DNA of 64,000 nucleotides from Promethearchaeota archaeon (GTDB lineage Archaea; Asgardarchaeota; Lokiarchaeia; Sigyniarchaeales; SOKP01): NCBI GenBank assembly GCA_019058445.1, contig JAHPZA010000006.1, positions 832,001 to 896,000 of the forward strand, read 5' to 3'. Shown piece by piece: positions 59,071 to 64,000 of this stretch (position 1 is its first letter; each line of letters starts with the position of its first letter). The notes under the pieces were generated by a model. It saw only the letters and a program-made list of their open reading frames with translations, ran no database searches and was not told where the DNA came from. The position numbers and the translations under genes were made by a program.

Positions 59071-59249
59071 TATAATTATTATAAGTTTTAAGAAACGTGA
59101 GCTTAATCATTAACTAAATTTTAAAAATTTTGTGAATACAAATTTTTTTTTTCGTTTTAAGCTCTACCACATCTCTTTTTGTTGATTAAATTTTTATAGA
59201 TAGTGATAGCTAAATTTAGTTAATAAATAAAAAATAAAAGGGTGAAAAA

Positions 59250-59990
59250 ATGGAATTTGAAACAATTTTATATGAATCAAAAAATAAAATCGGATATATT
59301 ACATTAAACAGACCTGAAAAGCACAATGCTTTGAGCTATCAGCTCCTTGATGACATAGACGCTGTTTTTGACCATGCTGAAGCAGATAATCAGGCAAAAG
59401 TAATTGTGTTAAAGGGTGCGGGTAAAAGTTTTTGTTCAGGGTTTGATCTTAAGGGATCCTACTATTTGACACCGCCAGAAGGAGGTTGGAAATATAAAAA
59501 TTCTTATGAGATACTAAACAAGAAAATATATGCTAAATATCCACGCATATTTAATTTCCCTAAGCCAACAATAGCTCAAGTAAATGGTTATTGTACTGAT
59601 GCTGGATGTTATCTTCAGCTTTTATGTGATATTTCAGTAGCTGCGGAAGACGCGCTATTAGGGCATCCAGCTCAGTTATGGGGAGGTGCACAAAGCATGC
59701 CATTATGGCAACTTTATTTAGGTGTTAAAAAGGCACGGTATCTTTTAATGAGTGGTCGAAGAATAACTGGAAAGGAAGCTGAACAAATAGGACTTGTGAG
59801 TATAAGTGTTCCTCGAGACAAACTTGAAGAAGAAGTTAATAAGCTGGCTTCTGAAATTGCTAAAATACCTGCTGAAGGGGCTCTCCATAATAAAATATGT
59901 CTCAATACAGCCCTTAAAATTCGAGGTGTTGATGCGTTATTTGACTATTATGGTCAGATGAATAGATATTGGAGATTTAAACCTGGTTGA
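59250..59990 (+). CDS. Enoyl-CoA hydratase/isomerase family protein
   Basis: TLNRPEKHNAL, FCSGFDL, PKPTIAQVNGYC. Confidence 0.9.
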   Translation: MEFETILYESKNKIGYITLNRPEKHNALSYQLLDDIDAVFDHAEADNQAKVIVLKGAGKSFCSGFDLKGSYYLTPPEGGWKYKNSYEILNKKIYAKYPRIFNFPKPTIAQVNGYCTDAGCYLQLLCDISVAAEDALLGHPAQLWGGAQSMPLWQLYLGVKKARYLLMSGRRITGKEAEQIGLVSISVPRDKLEEEVNKLASEIAKIPAEGALHNKICLNTALKIRGVDALFDYYGQMNRYWRFKPG

Positions 59991-60029
59991 TCTTTCGCTA
60001 GAAAATAGATATTTCAATTGGTATGGGAA

Positions 60030-61097
60030 TTATTTCCATTCATGACCACAATTTCCACAGATGTATTTCAAACCATAAACTTTGGGATTCACCATAATAA
60101 TATTTTCTTTATCTATTACCTCTCGTATTAAATTGCGATTGCTATTTCCACAATTTGGGCACTTACGTCTAATTGTTTGCTTGATTTCTTGGATGACTCT
60201 CTTCATTTTAGAGGGGCGAGGTTCGATAACATTCTTTGGAGACTGCTTGGTATCTAAAGGTTCCGTTGGTTTTTCAATCATTTTTGCTTGGAAATCAGCA
60301 CTTTTTAAATGTTTGAAAATTAGAGTAGAGATTAATTGATCTATTGATTGACCCTCTCCAACCTGATGTGCTAATGAATTTTCAATTCCTTTCCATGCGA
60401 GAATATCATCATAATCTAAATAATGGACTTCGCCTAATTGGAGTTTTGGATAATTAGCCTTAAGTCCTGTTAAGATAAAATGAGAATAATCATTGATGAG
60501 ATAGATTGGATTGGATTGGATTTCTTTTATAATTTCCATTCTAAATACGCCACTATGTTGATTTACCCATTTTTTGACATCTGCCAAATTTTTTAATAAT
60601 TCCTCACTATTTTTTAGTTCTGCTACTTTTTGCTTGTTTTCAATTAATCCATAAACTAAAAAAGGAGCATTTCCATTAGTTTTTTCAATAAATACATCCA
60701 TCATGTCTGCAAGTTTATTAAAATTCTCATAAATTTCCTCATCTATCAGTATAAAAAATATACCAGCAGTAGCTCCAATAAATAATGCCTTATTTATTAT
60801 AATCTGAGGCGACTCGCTCATTTTATCTAATTCTTTCCAAGCAAATGAAGTTTTCCACTTGATTATATCGAAATTATGTTCCCTATAGACTAATGAAAAA
60901 TTCCACACATAGCTCTCTTGTGGAAGGTGATAAATAATTCCTTCGGGAAATAATGCGTTTTGATTTTGCTGATTCTCCTTTTCAGTAGATAACTCATCTG
61001 AGGTATAATATTCAATATGTGCTAAATTTCTTAGATCATTAAGTATTATTCCTGGAGGTGAATCTCCTAAGACAATCTGATATTCAATGTATCGCAT
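60030..61097 (-). CDS. Degenerate small-GTPase-like domain fused to C-terminal Zn ribbon
   Basis: IVLGDSPPG, YVWN, FIGATAGIFFI, APFLVYG in Rab-like order (inference); CPNCG...CGNCGHEW. Confidence 0.55.
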   Translation of the reverse strand: MRYIEYQIVLGDSPPGIILNDLRNLAHIEYYTSDELSTEKENQQNQNALFPEGIIYHLPQESYVWNFSLVYREHNFDIIKWKTSFAWKELDKMSESPQIIINKALFIGATAGIFFILIDEEIYENFNKLADMMDVFIEKTNGNAPFLVYGLIENKQKVAELKNSEELLKNLADVKKWVNQHSGVFRMEIIKEIQSNPIYLINDYSHFILTGLKANYPKLQLGEVHYLDYDDILAWKGIENSLAHQVGEGQSIDQLISTLIFKHLKSADFQAKMIEKPTEPLDTKQSPKNVIEPRPSKMKRVIQEIKQTIRRKCPNCGNSNRNLIREVIDKENIIMVNPKVYGLKYICGNCGHEWK

Positions 61098-61288
61098 ATT
61101 CTCTCATATTAATTGTATTTAAAATAGTTTAAAAAAATAACACAATTATATTAATATCTTTCTAAACCCTCAATTATTTGTATAATAAATCAATACTCGA
61201 AAATATAATTTTTTAATGAAGTCATAAGAAATAAAAGAAAAATTAAAAATAAAAAAAAGTATTTTTAAAAAATTTGTTTTAGATTGAT

Positions 61289-62719
61289 TTAAATACCAAG
61301 TTCTAATAATTTCCTCTTATTTTCAATTGCTTTTTCTTTGTCTATTTGATACATACCATAGAATATAGCGATACCTATCACCGCAATGATAAAAGGGATT
61401 ATGGACATAACAAATTTTAACCCAAAAACAGCAGTAGAAGTCTGGTTAGGACCTTTTGCTGGGATATAGCCAAAGTATCCCCATACAATTGCGAAAATAA
61501 GTGTTTGGAAAAAATAGATAAATGCCGAAAAGACTCGTAAAATTCCAATGTAAGTTCCCTCTTCTCTTTTACCTGTTTTAGCAGCAGCGTTATCAATACC
61601 CTCGGCTTGAACTACATTAAAGATTATTCCCCAGCAAGCACTATAGCTTATACCGATAAGACCAAATACAATAGCAGCACTCAAATAGTCAGTTACAAAA
61701 AAGAATGCTAGGTAGACGAATGCAGCTGAGGCAAGAGCGAGGATATACGACTTTTTTATGCCAATTTTTCTCGGTAATTTAACCCATAAAGGCACTGAGA
61801 TAAAAGCAAATGCAAGAGCTAATAAATTTGGTAGGACCATCACTTCTATGCCTAAACCTAACCCATGTAGTATGAAAAAGCCCATTCCTGCAGAGAAACA
61901 TAAAGCTGCGATTCCCCATAAAAGAAATGTGATTATTATCGCCATCCAATTTCGATCTTTTAAGACTCGTTTAACAATTTTAACTATTGGCTCATGTTCT
62001 TTTTTCTCTTGATCTAATTTTACCCTCAGTTCTATCATTTCAGGCGTTTCACGTACTCCTCTACTATAAGGATATATTAATAGATAACAAATTATGGTAA
62101 TGAAAATTGCAACTCCTAAAAATGCGGCAGGATTAGTTACTCCACCTAAACTCGCAATAATGAGGGGTATACTAATGGCACCCATGATTTGGGCTATGAC
62201 AGTTACGAGCATTGTAATTCCGCTAACACTCGCTCGTTGATCATCATATCGGAATAAATCAGGAAAAAGGGATTGGTGACTAATTTCTCGCAAAGTGGCA
62301 AAAGTTTCATACATACACATCATAATAGTAATCCATATGGCCGCTATAAGTACTGAGGTCGAGATCGGAATAAAAACAAAAAGTAACGGGATCGGTCCAA
62401 GAATAGCTCCTATTATAATCCACGGATATCGCTTTCCGTATTTTTTTGTAAATCTTGTGGATCGATCTGTAAGATATCCGAGTATGGGATCATTGAATCC
62501 GTCTACAATGGAATAAGTAAGGTACATTAACGGTATCCATAATATTGGTATCAAAAGTACCGCAACGGAGAAGAACTGAATCTGGCCCCACAGACCAAAC
62601 ATTAAAATGCCGAAGAAACTACTTAATGAGAAAAATATTTCTGTCTTTTTATCGGGTCTTCTAAAGGCGCTTTCAATATCTGCGTCAATCGTTGATTCTG
62701 TCATGATTTTAACTTCCAT
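61289..62719 (-). CDS. MFS/GPH (MelB-like) transporter
   Basis: DGFNDPILGYLTDRS...GKRYPW, TGKREEGTY; about 12 TM. Confidence 0.9.
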   Translation of the reverse strand: MEVKIMTESTIDADIESAFRRPDKKTEIFFSLSSFFGILMFGLWGQIQFFSVAVLLIPILWIPLMYLTYSIVDGFNDPILGYLTDRSTRFTKKYGKRYPWIIIGAILGPIPLLFVFIPISTSVLIAAIWITIMMCMYETFATLREISHQSLFPDLFRYDDQRASVSGITMLVTVIAQIMGAISIPLIIASLGGVTNPAAFLGVAIFITIICYLLIYPYSRGVRETPEMIELRVKLDQEKKEHEPIVKIVKRVLKDRNWMAIIITFLLWGIAALCFSAGMGFFILHGLGLGIEVMVLPNLLALAFAFISVPLWVKLPRKIGIKKSYILALASAAFVYLAFFFVTDYLSAAIVFGLIGISYSACWGIIFNVVQAEGIDNAAAKTGKREEGTYIGILRVFSAFIYFFQTLIFAIVWGYFGYIPAKGPNQTSTAVFGLKFVMSIIPFIIAVIGIAIFYGMYQIDKEKAIENKRKLLELGI

Positions 62720-62872
62720 TAAGTTTTTTTAATAACACTATTTTTGATTTTGATTTTATACTATAATAAAGTTTTCCATGATTTTTTTATGTGATAGAAA
62801 ATAATTTGAAATACATTTAATTAAAAAAATTACACCTTATTTTAAAAAAAATTTTAAAGAGAAATAACTGAT

Positions 62873-64000
62873 ATGACAGCAATTTTTTCTGAAGATGATG
62901 AAAATATCCAAGGAATGTTTAAACGGCCTGACAAAAAGCAAGAGATAGGATTTGCACTTTCTTCATTTTACATTCTCTTGTTTGGTATGTGGGGTTCTCT
63001 TCAATTTTATGCGGTAACGATCCTTTTAATTCCGATATTCATAATTCCTATTATATATCTCATTTATTCCATAGTTGATGGTTTTAATGATCCTCTTATT
63101 GGGTATTTAACAGATCGATCCACAAGATTTACTGAGAAATATGGAAAAAGATACCCCTGGATCATAATAGGAAGTATTCTGGCCCCTATACCGCTCATTC
63201 TCGCTTTTATTCCGATTTTTAATTCAGTGATCTTAGCCGTAATTTGGTTAACTGTAATGATGTGTGTATTTGAAACCTTAGCAACCCTTAGAGAGATAAA
63301 TCAAGAAGCTCTCTTCCCAGATTTATTCCGATACGAAGATCAAAGGTCGACTGTTTTAGGATATGGAATGTTTTTTACCCTAGTAGCTCAGTTCATAGCG
63401 GCTATTACGATCCCATTGATTATTTATCTCTTAGGGGGAGCTACTGAGTCAATCGCGTTTATCGGTACGGCCATTTATATCATCATTTTAACATATATAG
63501 TGCTAGTACCTTATGCGCTCTGGGGTGTTAAAGAATCAGAGGAAATGAAACAAAGAAGAGTAAAATTAGATCAAGAGCTTAAAGGGCATGAACCTGTATT
63601 AAAAACAGTAAAGAGAGTTTTGAAAGATAGGAACTGGATGGGGCTTGTTATTTCATTCCTTATCTGGGGTACGGGAGGACTTTGTTTTATAGGAGGGATG
63701 AATTATTTTGTACTCCATTATCTCGGATTGGGAATAGAAGCAACTATTTTACCTGGTTTTATACTTATCACTAGTGCGGTGGTAACAATACCTTTCTGGG
63801 TTAAATTGGCAAGAAAAATTAGCGCTAAAAATTTGAATATTATAGGAATGAGTTTATCTGCCATTGGATTCTTTGTTTATTTTTTTGTTAATGATTACAC
63901 TGGGATTGTTATTATGAGTGCTTTCATGGGAATTGTATGGAGTGGTAACTGGGGAATTGTTGGTAGAATGGTGCAAGCACAAGCAATTGATAATGCTTCT
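62873..64000 (+). CDS. MFS/GPH transporter paralogue, partial (runs off window)
   Basis: MTAIFSEDDENIQGMFKRPDKKQEI...IVDGFNDPLIGYLTDRSTRFTEKYGKRYPW; divergent from its paralogue. Confidence 0.88.
   Translation, partial: MTAIFSEDDENIQGMFKRPDKKQEIGFALSSFYILLFGMWGSLQFYAVTILLIPIFIIPIIYLIYSIVDGFNDPLIGYLTDRSTRFTEKYGKRYPWIIIGSILAPIPLILAFIPIFNSVILAVIWLTVMMCVFETLATLREINQEALFPDLFRYEDQRSTVLGYGMFFTLVAQFIAAITIPLIIYLLGGATESIAFIGTAIYIIILTYIVLVPYALWGVKESEEMKQRRVKLDQELKGHEPVLKTVKRVLKDRNWMGLVISFLIWGTGGLCFIGGMNYFVLHYLGLGIEATILPGFILITSAVVTIPFWVKLARKISAKNLNIIGMSLSAIGFFVYFFVNDYTGIVIMSAFMGIVWSGNWGIVGRMVQAQAIDNAS

Overview
AT-rich archaeal DNA, most likely from an Asgard archaeon of the Lokiarchaeia/Promethearchaeota type (inferred from a Rab-like GTPase, proteasome alpha subunit, archaeal RFC cluster, PolB2 module, many stand-alone 7TM proteins, LRR/WD40 proteins and fatty-acid catabolism paralogues). 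I found no rRNA, tRNA, CRISPR array, integrase or transposase. Main discovery: both long-chain acyl-CoA ligase paralogues (30030-31769 and 44341-46094, minus strand), which the ORF track splits in two, are interrupted by tiny unrelated inserts (30 nt at 30879-30908; 29 nt at 45181-45209). Each insert folds with its flanks into a bulge-helix-bulge (BHB) motif. Cutting after the 2nd nucleotide of each 3-nt bulge, the archaeal splicing-endonuclease rule, restores the reading frame exactly in both genes. They are therefore candidate BHB-type mRNA introns in Asgard protein-coding genes. Between the two ligases lies a ~12 kb accessory island: a truncated polymorphic-toxin-like giant protein with a GIY-YIG C-terminus, LRR and WD40 proteins sharing an N-terminal domain, a metallophosphoesterase-RNase H-like-zinc finger fusion, a 150-nt structured ncRNA candidate and decaying ORFs. 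Other points: a three-subunit RFC with a catalytically degenerate subunit; a 2267-aa protein built from 123-aa repeats; an array of four Zn-ribbon/DENN-like paralogues interleaved with 7TM genes; a putative leader peptide plus hairpin ahead of paralogous microproteins; and a pseudo-GTPase. All calls were made by eye, with no database searches or folding software.
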